NCBI GenBank assembly: GCA_002633005.1
Contig: NMRA01000247.1
Span: forward strand, 131,401 to 195,400
Direction of reading: 5' to 3'
Source of the DNA: Phoronis australis
Lineage: Eukaryota; Animalia; Phoronida
DNA: 64,000 nucleotides
Part shown: in pieces, positions 41,043-53,230 of the stretch
How the letters are laid out: each line of letters starts with the position of its first letter
Position numbering within the stretch: position 1 is the stretch's first letter
The notes under the pieces: generated by a model
What the model saw: only the letters and a program-made list of their open reading frames with translations
Databases searched by the model: none
Told to the model about the DNA's origin: nothing
Translations under genes and position numbers: made by a program

Positions 41043-42666
41043 TGAGTTAATGTCCTGGGCTCCTAACGTGACGGGCCTGGAAATCACTTAACCAGAGAGG
41101 CTCACTTAAATTGGAAATTTAAAGAAATTGGGGATAGGGGCTTTTCCGAACAGGAGTGCTTCACTTTAACCAGACAGTTGCCCTGGACTTGCATAACCTT
41201 CGATATTGATGCCCTTAATATTCATTTTATACAAGTCTATGTCATATTTTGTGTCAGACAGCAAACAATGGCTAATTCAACTCAGACTTGTTCATCTCCA
41301 GTCAGTCAGTGTTTGCTTGGTTAAGCAGAGTGCAGAAACAAGGCGTTACACTACGAGTCTCACTTCATTGGTATTGCATTTCACAAATGTCTAGAAAAAT
41401 AGGGATTTGAAGCCTTAGTAACATCTCTGTCATACTGAGGTATCTCAGCAAGTTTTGAAAATATTAACCGAACAGACCAGAAGATTTGATACAATCTGTG
41501 TGAGGTTCCCATATTTACACCCAACAATGGTTGATCTCAGTGAGTTTTAGAAAATCAGGTAGATTTTTTGTTTAAGTGAGTGGCAATCTGATACATGTTG
41601 TTGAGACTTGTCATGATATTATGAAGCTCTCCATGGTTTCGCTATGTTCTAATAAAAGTGTACTTCATGAGATATGCTTGATTGTTGAAGCTTCGTTGTT
41701 AGACTGATTCAGTCTGTCTATTGAACTGATCAGTGACAACTGAGGAGTTTGAACTTCATTTTGCAGCGACATACCAGCTTGTGACATGATGTTCTTTGCC
41801 TTTGTCAGTAAACATAGTTTATTGGAGGGAGGCGGGGCAAAATCAACTGTGAAAATTGTTGAATATGTAAGAATATTGGCTTCTGTGTGCAGCCATATCT
41901 TTCAATTAATAAGTCATGTTCATGAGCACTTTATTGTCAGTGGTAAGAGAAAGTCCCTTCACAGATGATAGTTTTACCTTCGAACAACAACTGCAAGTAT
42001 GATAACTTACTTGTGTAAAAGTGGAGTTGTGGTGGATAATGGCTTTAATAGAGTTTATCTCTTAACAGCTCACTGCGGCCAGTCAATATATGTTCCACCA
42101 CTTGAAGGTATCTGTAACTTTAATTACCAGTGTTACTTGCAGTCGCATTACCCATCGGTGCAACGTTATTGACATCTTGACCCATTTTTGCTGCCACCTT
42201 TGGGTCAGGTTGTGTGTTTCTATAGATTGCCGTGCTATTGACCTGAGAATCCACATTGTTCTGACTAGTCTTATAGTCTGCTGGTTTGTTGAAATTTACC
42301 AAAGGACCTTCAAATACTGTCTGTAGATTGTCAATCTTAATATTACCTCAATACCCTCGTAGCTGGTGCGTAGTCTGTAGAAGTCCGAAGTTTCAGCTTA
42401 AAGGCAAAGGCAACCTTTTTCCATGTCATTTTGAGCTAAAATAAGGTTGGTTGGTTATCCTAGGCATATTTTCCACTTAATTACAGCTTTTCGTAATTTT
42501 GTTAATTGCTCGTCCGCTACTCCGGAAGTGACGTTTTAGGAGGCAAGCATTTCGCGCCAATTTCTTTTCATATAGTCTGACTGTGAGAGCTGCCGAGTCA
42601 GTCATTGTTCTACCTCGGTTGTGTTAAGTTCCGTCGCCGTTTGCTTTCATTTACTAGTCAGTCAAC

Positions 42667-43458
42667 ATGCCACACTGTTGCTGCGTACCAGGATGTACTA
42701 ATAATCGGCTCACGCGCGCTTTGGGAGTACCTTTGCATCGCTTTCCGATGGATGACACACTTCGCCGTACTTGGCTCGTTCGTGTGAAGAACGCAGCGTT
42801 ACCCGTCCACGCAACTTACAAAGCAGTGGAGAATTACGTACCGTGTGTGTGGCAAGCACTTTCTGCCGTCCGATTACGAAAGGGATTTGTACGCTGAACT
42901 GATGAAGGTCCCTGCGAAACAACGTCTGAAGAAGGTTGCCATTCCCTCTGTGTTGATTCCCGGCAGTGCCCCGTCGCCACCCCCGAGAAGTGCGTATTTG
43001 AAGTGAGAAGCCTCGCGAGCTGTGGCCAGTACAGTGACTGGAGCCAGTGGAGGCACTTCATCTACTGTCACCCGTGCCTCCGAACGTACCCCAGAGCGTG
43101 CAATTCCTGGAACCAGTAGTGATTCGCCCTGTGCTGTTTTCTCCAGCCCAGAGCCTCTAAGCAGCCCTGCAGCGATATTGAGTAGTGGGAGTGATTACAG
43201 GCTCAGTTCGACACCCAGTGAAGAGGACAGTTCGTCGTCCAGTGAACAGATCGGTGAGCCAAACTTTGATAAGTTTATTGTGGACTTGTCTAAAGTGTTG
43301 GAGCTATTTAGAAGGTGCCAGGTGTGTGGCGAGGGAGTCACACGACACGATGTAAGCAGTTTGGGTGCTCAGGTCACCATCCAGTGGGAGTGTGTCGCGG
43401 GACACTCTGGCAAGTGGGACAGTTGTTCCTCTGTCCGTGGTATGCCGGAGGTCCACTT
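42667..43458 (+). pseudogene. Kolobok transposase N-terminus (THAP plus C2CH-type zinc finger); DDE domain deleted
   Basis: MPHCCCVPGC...HRFP...W..., then a 4-nt insertion frameshift near 42835-42841, YRVCGKHF...LKKVAIPSV, a TGA at 43004, and KFIVDLSKVLELFRRCQVC...WECVAGHSGKWDS. Confidence 0.85.
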
Positions 43459-43764
43459 AACCATGTCCAGTAGTGGCTTGGCCTCGTCGAACTCTGAACA
43501 GCACAAGCATTCCATTGAGGTAGGCATAACAACGCACACAGTGCATTTGCACCAAGATGTGTCACCACGTCTGTCCTCAGTAGCCGCCTCGTTTCTCTCA
43601 ACAGCTGCCTGTGCCTGTGCGTACTCTGCCTCGTTGCACTCGGGCTCAAACATGTACCCACCCACTGAATGTCCGTGAAAAAATTCCTCGTCACCACTGC
43701 TGTGAACAAGGTCTCCGTCACTCACACTAATGTCACTGTGATACGGGTCACCGACTCCAGCCAT
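43459..43764 (-). pseudogene. KolX-like accessory protein N-terminus (Cys-rich, P2X7-ballast/nanor-like), truncated
   Basis: AAAATGG start; MAGVGDP...GYMFEP...RRGDTSWCKCTVCVVMPTSMECLCCSE carries the YxFEP and WCxCxxCxxMxxxxExxCCxE motifs. Confidence 0.8.
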
Positions 43765-44515
43765 TTTCAGCTTACAACACACCAAACAATCCCTAAATCC
43801 AACGTAGTTGAGTTCTCTACTAACCTATCTTGCCGCAGAATACTCGCCGATGGAAAGTGGTGGCGACAATTGTTGAAAAACAGCACAAAACAAAAGTAGA
43901 ATAGAACAGATTCGCACGGTAAAGTCAACGCAAAACCAAGTGGCGGGAAACGCTTGCCTCCTAAAACGTCATTTCCGGAGTAGCGGACGAGTAATCTATA
44001 AAATTACGAAAAGCTGTAATTAAGTGGAAAATATGTCTAGGATAACCAACCAACCTTATTTTAGCTCAAAATGACATGGAAAAAGGTTGCCTTCACCTTT
44101 AACCTCTTCTGTACTCATTTCCAGTAAATTCTTATTTGCCTCAGATTTCTAGGATGGGGTTTTTGTATTAATGTTACGGAGATGTACAAAACGAGCCAAT
44201 GACATTAAAGCACATTCTGCAAAACTGACCAATTTCTTCAACTTGCCACTTCGATGTGTACAGGAAATTATATGAGTTGAGCATTCGATGACAACGACAT
44301 CTGTTGAAAGAATGCATAATTACCTTTACGAAGAAACTACACAGAAGTTCATCGAATGTTTTCATTATTAGGTTTGCAGACGTGTTCGATGATTCTGCCT
44401 GTCGACCGATCATGGACCATTCCTGTTACTCTATAGAGCATAGGTAATCTGATTATTATGAAGACATGACTTACTAGGGAAGATATTCGTAATGTTTGTA
44501 TTTTTATTTTCACAG

Positions 44516-44561
44516 TGAGAGAGCCAATGTCCACGACTGTCTATCTCATCCTTGGATTACA
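44516..44561 (+). CDS. DAPK1: DAPK coding exon 7, copy A (end of kinase domain)
   Basis: TTCACAG acceptor; (S)ERANVHDCLSHPWIT; donor GTAAGG. The phase matches exon 6. Confidence 0.9.
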
Positions 44562-44870
44562 GTAAGGCATTTTTTACACTTGTTTTGTACTCACTGAGGC
44601 ATGAACAGCACATGAACACCAGCCACATAAACTATTATGTCAACTTCTCTCTGCCTTCTGATGGATTGTATACCTTGTGAACCTTAGCAGGTCACATTCT
44701 AAGAAGTGATGAAGACACCACGCATCAGCAACATTGTATAATGCATGTATTCATTCAGCCATGTGATGTGGTCAACAGGTGACATGCAGACTAGACTTAA
44801 AAATGTTTGCAGTGCATGTATTATATTCAATGGTGTTATTTTCAAGTGTAACACTTTTTAACTTTTGTAG

Positions 44871-44960
44871 CCCAAAAAGGCCAAACATAAAGCAGTGAGG
44901 AAAAAATCGCACATCAACATTGAGTGTTTCAAAGTGTTCATGGCTCGCCAGAGATGGAAG
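44871..44960 (+). CDS. DAPK1: DAPK coding exon 8, copy A (autoinhibitory/CaM-binding segment)
   Basis: TTTGTAG acceptor; PKKAKHKAVRKKSHINIECFKVFMARQRWK; donor GTATGT (human PKDTQQALSRKASAVNMEKFKKFAARKKWK). Confidence 0.9.
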
Positions 44961-46748
44961 GTATGTTAAACAAATTTAAGAGATTGGACCTTCCGGGCTG
45001 CATTCATAGATGCAAGAACCTCCTTGTAATACATGAGCATGCAAGACATTGTGAGACATTGCCGTGCACTACAAGTGGAGAAGATGATCACACTGACTTC
45101 ACTCATGAAATTCTTGCATTTAATAAATGCAGCCCTGTTCCATGCATGTTACTTAACACTGAAATTTGGCCTTTCGCTCCCACTTCACAACTGCTGTAAA
45201 AAGTTTTAGCAAGCAAACATTAGCACGTCATAGTCTACAACTAACTTTTAGAAATTATCTCATTTACTAGCAGTTACGTGCACATTCTCAGAGACTGCAT
45301 TTTTGCTCAAATTTCAGAAACAGTTGTGTGGATCGTAAGACCATATTTCTGACTTGAGTCTTAAAGGCCTAATATGGTGCCAAAATGACTATAATTTTTA
45401 CATCTAAAAAATAAAATGTATTTTTATGAAAAACACATGGTGTCATAGCATACCCCAGTTGTTAATTTAAGTAGGTCTTCACAATACAGTAGCTCCATCA
45501 CGAACCCCATTTAGCGCGCCAAAAAAATCTTGAGATGGCGCTTGTACCAATCGCAGTCTATGACACATCATCGTTACAATGAATTTGGCTTTCACGGTGT
45601 CAACATCGTATTGGAATCGGCGATGACTGGCAGTTTAATTTAGTGCAAAATTCATTGAAAATCGGGGAAACACTTGTCAATTAATATTAAAATTGATCAA
45701 AATCATTACCTTTAGAGCTTTTCATTCCATTATTTAGCACACATTCTAATACGGGCCCATATGGGAATCCCCGGGAGGGTGACTGTGGTCGCCGAAACAA
45801 TCGGAAAAAACGCTTTGTCTGAATTATCAGGCAATTTTCACCATGTTTTTTATAAAGTTTAGTATGCTTGATACAAAAACTTTGATGTTAGAAACTTTGC
45901 ATTCATGAAGCTGAATGTGTGAAAGGTGCGCCATTTCAATCTGGGCCGCTGTCGAGCCGGAGTGTGTGTCCGTACTGGAATTGGCGACAATAGGCCGTTT
46001 AATTTTGTGCAAAGTACATGGAAACGTTACAACACATGTTAGCTTGATCTTTTCGCACAAAGCAATTAGAAATTTATTGAAAATTTTTTATTAGAAACTT
46101 AATTTTCAAAATAATTCGCCTTGAAATCCTGCAAGCCGTAGTCACCACCATTTTGACTTGAAAACCTCAGAATATTGAAAACTTAATACCAACACAGCGG
46201 TGCGTATCTGTAATAAATTAAAACTATGAAATACAAGTCCGTATTGCATGAAAACATGCCTAATTATAAGGATTTGTAATCAATTTTTTTAAATTTAATC
46301 AAAAATATATTTGAATATGGGCTGCCAGTATTAGAATTCTGTTAGGCCTACGGAAACGACCCAGTTCAGAATATTCCGATTTGGGCCAGATTCCCTATAT
46401 GCCAGGCTGGAACAGTAACAGGAAACGTCGAAGTGCGCACTGCAGATCTTAATTGTAGCCAGCCAATTAGCAGTTTGAAGACTATCGCCAAAATACAACT
46501 AGGTAACACTGTGAATTGAGCTCCGTTAGACCACAAAATTTCATACAGGCCAGAGTATGAGTTCTGTTAGTCACCTCGTCGTGAAACTTACAGGCCTATC
46601 GCACAGCCCTGCAACGACCAACGGGGTGCATGCAAATTTAGAAATCTGGGAGACAATTCTGACACTCACCTTGCTTGTTGCCATTCTACAGGGCTTGGAA
46701 TTTTCCGCGGAAACGTGGATTTCTGCTTTTTTCAAATGTGCTGTCCGC

Positions 46749-46987
46749 TTTTTATGCGCCCACATATTTATATGTGGACGCATTATGCCGTCATCTCTGT
46801 CCGTTCGTCCGTCCGTCCGTCCGTCCGGGCGGCGTCCGTCCGGCGTCCGCTGCTCTATCTCCAAAACCCTTTGACATACGTTCATGAAATTTGGCACATA
46901 TGTTCCATTCATGAATGGGACGGCATGTGCGAACTTTCGGACGGATCCGACTACCGGTGTGCCCCCTAGTGGCAATTTTAGTTTTTT
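46749..46987 (+). mobile_element. 5' end of a Helentron-associated (HINE/DINE-like) element running into the gap
   Basis: T-run, hairpin ATGCGCCCACATAT-TT-ATATGTGGACGCAT, (GTCC)n microsatellite, then a core repeat containing TCATGAAATTTGGCACA and CCCCTAGTGGC. Related cores lie at ~55800-56000 and possibly ~58910-59300. Confidence 0.65.
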
Positions 46988-47250
46988 NNNNNNNNNNNNN
47001 NNNNNNNNNNNNNNNNNNNNNNNNNNNNNNNNNNNNNNNNNNNNNNNNNNNNNNNNNNNNNNNNNNNNNNNNNNNNNNNNNNNNNNNNNNNNNNNNNNNN
47101 NNNNNNNNNNNNNNNNNNNNNNNNNNNNNNNNNNNNNNNNNNNNNNNNNNNNNNNNNNNNNNNNNNNNNNNNNNNNNNNNNNNNNNNNNNNNNNNNNNNN
47201 NNNNNNNNNNNNNNNNNNNNNNNNNNNNNNNNNNNNNNNNNNNNNNNNNN
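46988..47250. other. Assembly gap (263 N)
   Basis: Run of N. Confidence 1.
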
Positions 47251-48661
47251 AGCCTTAGTAACATCTCTGTCATACTGAGGTATCTCAACAAGTTTTGAAA
47301 ATATTCACCGAACAGATCAGAAGATTTGATACAATCTGTGTGAGGTTCCCATATTTACACCCAACAATGGTTGATCTCAGTGAGTTTTAGAAAATCAGGT
47401 AGATTTTTTGTTAAAGTGAGTGGCAATCGGATACATGTTCTAGAGACTTGTCATGATATTATGAAGCTCTCCATGGTTTCGCTATGTTCTAATAAAAGTG
47501 TACTTCATGAGATATGCTTGATTGTTGAAGCTGCGTTTTTAGACTAATTCAGTCTGTCTATTTAACTGTTCAGTGACAACTGAGGAGTTTGAACTTCATT
47601 TTGCAGCGACATACCAGCTTGTGACATGTTGTTCTTTGCCTTTGTCAGTAAACATAGTTTATTGGAGGGAGGCGGGGCCAAATCAACTGTGACAATTCTT
47701 GAATATGTAATAATATTGGCTTCTGTGTGCAGCCATATCTTTCAATTCATGTTCATGAGTACTTTATTGTCAGTGGTAAGAGAAAGTCCCTTCACAGATG
47801 ATAGTTTTACCTTTGAACAACAACTGCAAGTATGATAACTTACTTGTGTAAAAGTGGAGTTCTGGTGGATAATCGCTTTAATAGAGTTTATCTCTTAACA
47901 GCTCACTGCGGCCAGTCAGTATATGTTCCACCAATTGAAGGTATCTGTAACTTAAATTACCAGTGTTACTTGCAGTCGCATTACCCATCGGTGACACGTT
48001 ATTGACATTTTGACCCATTTTTAGCAGTGCTGCCACCTTTAGGTCAGGTTGTGTGTTTCTATAGATTGTCGGGCTATTGACCTGAGAATCCACATTGTTC
48101 TGACTAGTCTTATAGTCTGCTGGTTTGTTGAAATTTACCAAAGGACCTTCAAATACTGTCTATATTGTCAATCTTAATTTTGGCCAATATTACCTCAATA
48201 CCCTAGTAGCTGGTGCGTAGTCTGTAGAAGTCCGAAATTTCAGCTTAACCTCTTCTGTACTCATTTCCAGTAAATTCTTATTTGCCTCAGATTTCTAGGA
48301 TGGGGTTTTTGTATTAATGTTTCGGAGATGTACAAAACGAGCCAATGACATTAAAGCACATTCTGCAAAACTGACCAATTTCTTCAACTTGCCACTTTGA
48401 TGTGTACAGGAAATTATATGAGTTGAGCATTCGATGGCAACGACATCTGTTGAAAGAATGCATAATTACCTTTATGAAGAAACTAAACAGAAGTTCATCG
48501 AATGTTTTCATTATTAGGTTTGCAGACGTGTTTGATGATTCTACCTGTCAACCGATCATGGACCATTCCTGTTACTCTATAGAACACAGATAATCTGATT
48601 ATTATGAAGACATGACTTGCTAGGGAAGATATTCTTAATGTTTGTATTTTTATTTTCACAG

Positions 48662-48707
48662 TGAGAGAGCCAATGTCCACGACTGTCTATCTCATCCTTG
48701 GATTACA
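48662..48707 (+). CDS. DAPK1: DAPK coding exon 7, copy B
   Basis: Identical to 44516-44561, with intact splice sites. Confidence 0.85.
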
Positions 48708-49016
48708 GTAAGGCATTTTTTACACTTGTTTTGTACTCACTGAGGCATGAACAGCACATGAACACCAGTCACATAAACTATTATGTCAACATCTCTCTGC
48801 CTTCTGATGGATTGTATACCTTGTGAACCTTAGCAGGTCACATTCTAAGAAGTGATGAAGACACCACGCATCAGCAACATTGTATAATGCATGTATTCAT
48901 TCAGCCATGTGATGTGGTCAACAGGTGACGTGCAGATCAGACTTAAAAATGTTTGCGATGCATGTGTTATATTCAATGGTGTTATTTTCAAGTGTAACAC
49001 TTTTTAACTTTTGTAG

Positions 49017-49106
49017 CCCAAAAAGGCCAAACATAAAGCAGTGAGGAAAAAATCGCATATCAACATTGAGTGTTTCAAAGTGTTCATGGCTCGCCAGAGA
49101 TGGAAG
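49017..49106 (+). CDS. DAPK1: DAPK coding exon 8, copy B
   Basis: Same peptide as 44871-44960 with one synonymous CAC/CAT change and intact splice sites. Confidence 0.85.
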
Positions 49107-50402
49107 GTATGTTAAACAAATTTAAGAGATTGGACTTTCCTGGGATGCATTCATAGATGCAAGAACCTCCTTGTAATACATGAGCATGCAAGACTTTGTG
49201 AGACATCGCCGTGCACTACAAGTGGAGAAGATGATCACACTGACTTCACTCATGAAATTCTTGCATTTAATAAATGCAGCCCTGAGGTCTGTTCCATGCA
49301 TGTTACTTAAGACTGAAATTTGGCCTTTCGCTCCCACTGCTGTAAAAAGTTTTAGCAAGCAAACATTAGCACATCATAGTCTAGAACTAACTTTTAGAAA
49401 TTATCTCATTTACTAGCAGTTACGTGCACATTCTCAGACACTTTGCATTTTTGCTCTAGTGAGATTTAATCAAATTCCAGAAACAGTTATTTGTATCGTA
49501 AGACCAAATTTCTGACTTGAGTCTTAAAGGCCTAATATGGTGCCAAAATTACTATAATTTTTACATCTAAAATATGTATGTATTTTTATGAAAAACACCA
49601 ACATATGGTGTCAAAGCATACCCCAGTCGTTAATTTAAGTAGGCCTTTACAATACAGTAGCCCCATCACGAACCCCATTTAGCGCCAAAAAAAATCTTGA
49701 GATGGCGCTTGCACCAATCGAAGTCTATGACATCATCGTTAAAACGATTTTGGCTTTCACAGTGTCACCATCGTATTGGAATCGGGGATGACTGGCAGTT
49801 TAATTTAGTGCAAAATTTGTTGAAAATCAGGGAAACACTTGTCAATTAATATTAAAATTGATCAAAATCATTACCTTTAGAACTTTTCATTCCATTAGTT
49901 AACAAAGCTGTACATTTTGTGTACAGCTTTGCACCTATAGCCTAGCACAGATCTTGCTGATTGGGAATTTTTTCGGAATCCTTGTCATGGATACGAATCT
50001 CTTCCAAGCACAGTACATGACGGGGTCGGTGGGGAAGTTGTGCAAATGTGTGCCATTGTGCTGATATTGCTACACCCGCAAAGCACGCATTGCGGCATTT
50101 TAGCCCAGAGATCGACAAGTAAAGAACATCCATTGGCACTCAGCTGTTACGCAGTGTGGCTGCCAAGTAAATATTGGTTGTGATTTTTTTCTGGGGTGCT
50201 CGAAAGGGCTACAAGTTATGAGTGGTGTAATTTGTGGCACAATTGATTACTTTCTGTGGTATTTAAGAAGCAAAAACAATATTGTTATGAAAAATACTTG
50301 CATTTCTGGTGTCAAAAATGTATTTTAACCGCTGGATGCTGTCTTTAAGTCACTCTTCATGTAGCAGACTGCAGGTCTTATAAACGCATTAAACTGCTAG
50401 TA

Positions 50403-52832
50403 CCGTAATCGTTCGGGTTAACGCCCATGCTCAGTTAACCGCCCATCCCCGACTTTAAGTGGATTTTCGATTTAACCGCCCACTGCTCGGTTAAGCGCCC
50501 CCCTGCGATTTTTGAAGATATCCAGTTAAGCGCCCACCTCTCGGTTAAGCGTCCATCCCCGACTTTTAAAGAATGAAGATTTAGTGCCTAGTGCTAAGGA
50601 AACGCGCGATTCCCCGACTTTTAGAAAAAGATCGATGATCACAATGAGTGCAACGACGCCGGGACTCCGAGACGGTGGTTTAGCAATCTGAATTACAAAA
50701 CAAGTAACGAGTTATTGTCTTGGGTCATGAGCTCACTTCAAAATATAATACTTGAACCTTTTTGTCACTTTAGTTTCTTCCCTTGTTTGCAAAGTTTAAG
50801 AACGCCGCCGGCGTCAAAACCTCCGCTTTCAGCGACTTTGCCGCGCTGAGTGTCCGTCTGCAGTGCACTAGATAAAACATATATTTGAAAAAATCAGGCC
50901 AGAGAAATGTGACAATGGTTTTGCCAACCCTCCAAATTCTATTAAGGTGGGAAGCTCTCCTATTTTGAACAAATCACACAACTCACGGAAAGATATCAAA
51001 TTCTCAATATTTTGATGAATATAACTGCCGGGTAATAAAGGATGTGGGGCGACTGAAGGGACAGTACAAGTGCCTTACTGGGTTACCGATTTCGTTGCTG
51101 CCTGTTGATTTCTGAATTCAAACGTTGGCAATAATGTATGTTTGTGTATGATCTTGAAGTAATAAAAAACAGCTAGTCAAATTTTGTTTTTCACTAATTG
51201 CATCTCAGTCAAACTGGTTAGCAGATTTAACTAATGTCGCTGGCTGTTCTTCACTATTTCTTGCGTCAGCCCCCACGTAAGTGTGACTGTGTGAATTATC
51301 GTTTCCACATCCCCTTTTTAGCCATCCAGAATAGTTTTGTTTATACATTGGCCATTTTCAGCCTGAACAAAAATTCTTACCATTCGTGTCTGAAATATCT
51401 ACAACATAGACTGGTTGACGATAGTGGGTAGGAGGTTCTCGCAGCTAGTTACAGGGATGGGCTTAGGGAGCATTGAGCCGGGAAATATGGGAATAGACTT
51501 GACATCGCAGTTTTGGGGAACATTGGCAACGGAGGAATATCGTAAAGAACTGGGTCTTTCGTAACAACAGCTTAAAAGTAAATAGTCAAGCCCGTTTTTG
51601 TTACTTCGGATTGTCGCTATGTGTGACTGATTTGTAGTGGTGCACGTGCGCAAGTTCCCACACTTTGGAGTGCATGTTACCTTGACACCAACATGTGATT
51701 GACAGGTGACTCACACGTAGGCCCTACGTGCGTGCTGAACACCGCCACTATCTTTGGCCATAAAAAACGAGATGCATGTTGAACGTGGCCGTTATATTAC
51801 TTGACGGCATTTCCAAGTCACGATTGTCAGCCGACTGAGACATTGCGCGATAACAGCGGGACCGAACAGTGCCGCAGTGCGATATTACAAGTGATATAAA
51901 TAGGATAATCTGGAGATCTTGCATGAAAAATAATTTTTTTCCACCACGGAGTTTGGTAAGATGATCGTTTAGAATAATGAATTGAAACATTGTTGTTTTC
52001 TGACATTTTGTAACATATTTATGCAGTTGCTTGAAATTTTTATTCTTGATCAATGACTGGCTCGACCATCCCAGATCCTTGTCTTACTTCTTTGCGTAGC
52101 ATGTTTGGCGCAACGGCACGAGAGCAATGCCGGGCTGTCGAGATAAGACAGTTAGCTGCAGAACCATACGCTGAAAATGTCATTGAGTCATGGAGTGTCG
52201 ACTATAACATCCCAAACACAAAAAAAACAGCAGAGTTAAGTTTTTCAAACTTTTATTACAATCAATTTTAAAACTGCTCTCTGACTCAGAACTTGACAGC
52301 TACATATACTACATATAGTACGAGACTGTAACCATAAATTTGATGTCTGACCTCTGCAACACGTGAAGTTTGCACGCGTGCACTTAAGCAGGGTCATATC
52401 TTGAAACAGTTTTAATTCTAGTGGAGGCTGCGTGGTCACTGGTCGTCTGCGCACCGCACGATGACACGGGGCTATTACTCAGCAATTTTGTAAATTTAAT
52501 AGTGAATGACTAATCTGAGGGCAAGAGAACCTTTGTTGGGATCATCCGCTGTTATGTTGTTTTCACAGTCATTTGGCGACGTGACGATAAAGCTCTTTGA
52601 AAAGGGCTACGCGTTCCGAGTATGATTGTCGTGTCGGGATTTAGATCGCCAGGTAAGATTAACCACCCAGGGCGGTTGTTTGTCGTAATAAGTGCCCATG
52701 TTCGGTTAACCGCCCATCCCCTACTTTAGGTGGATTTTCGATTTAACCGCCCACTGCTCGGTTAACCTCCCTCCCCCGATTTTTTGGATTCGCCAATTTA
52801 ACCGCCGAGGGCGTTAACCCGAACGATTACAG
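50403..52832. mobile_element. Non-autonomous Tc1/mariner-superfamily (pogo/Tc2-like) element with TA TSD
   Basis: TA-CCGTAATCGTTCGGGTTAACGCCC ... GGGCGTTAACCCGAACGATTACAG-TA (24-bp TIR, 1 mismatch), with subterminal TTAA(C/G)CGCCC repeats. No transposase ORF seen. Confidence 0.88.
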
Positions 52833-53230
52833 TAAGAGCTGTCTGTTCAGCAGTTGGCTTAGTTGTCTCATCACATCGCCCAATCACATGAATGTAAGAA
52901 GAGTGCTTTGTGTTAGTAGCCTCTGTGTTGATTCTGAACTGATACTCTCAGTGTCTCAGTCAAAAACTGCGCATGCAGAGCTAAATCCAAATTTATAAAT
53001 GGCAGAGTATTTTAAGCGTATTTAACTTGTAAAATTACAGCTCTTGATTTCAGTGATTCTGGCAGACAACCGCAAGAATTGGCAATCTGTAATAAAATCA
53101 TAAAAAACTGATTTCGAGCACTTTCATAGTCTTGTGTTTCTCCCTCATTCACAGTAGTGTTTAAAAGTGCTGTAAGAGGGAGCACGTAACTACAATTGAG
53201 ATTAGGACATTTGTTGGCATCAGAAGCGGT

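Larger units (their letters stand above)
42402..44098 (+). mobile_element. Internally deleted Kolobok DNA transposon
   Basis: TTAA TSD (42398-42401, 44099-44102), AGG...CCT termini, ~158-bp near-perfect TIRs, and convergent THAP-transposase and KolX-like ORFs. The empty site CAGC-TTAA-CCTC is at 48241-48252. Confidence 0.92.
41411..45735 (+). repeat. Copy A of the duplicated segment (includes the 1.7-kb Kolobok insertion)
   Basis: Collinear with 47251-49897 from AGCCTTAGTAACATCTCTG to TTTTCATTCCATTA, with scattered SNPs and small indels. Confidence 0.95.
47251..49897 (+). repeat. Copy B of the duplicated segment (no Kolobok insertion)
   Basis: Begins exactly at the gap edge and is collinear with 41411-45735 minus 42402-44102. 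Confidence 0.95.

Noticed and set aside
46791-47298. ORFs spanning the X run
   Set aside because: Artefacts of the N-gap.
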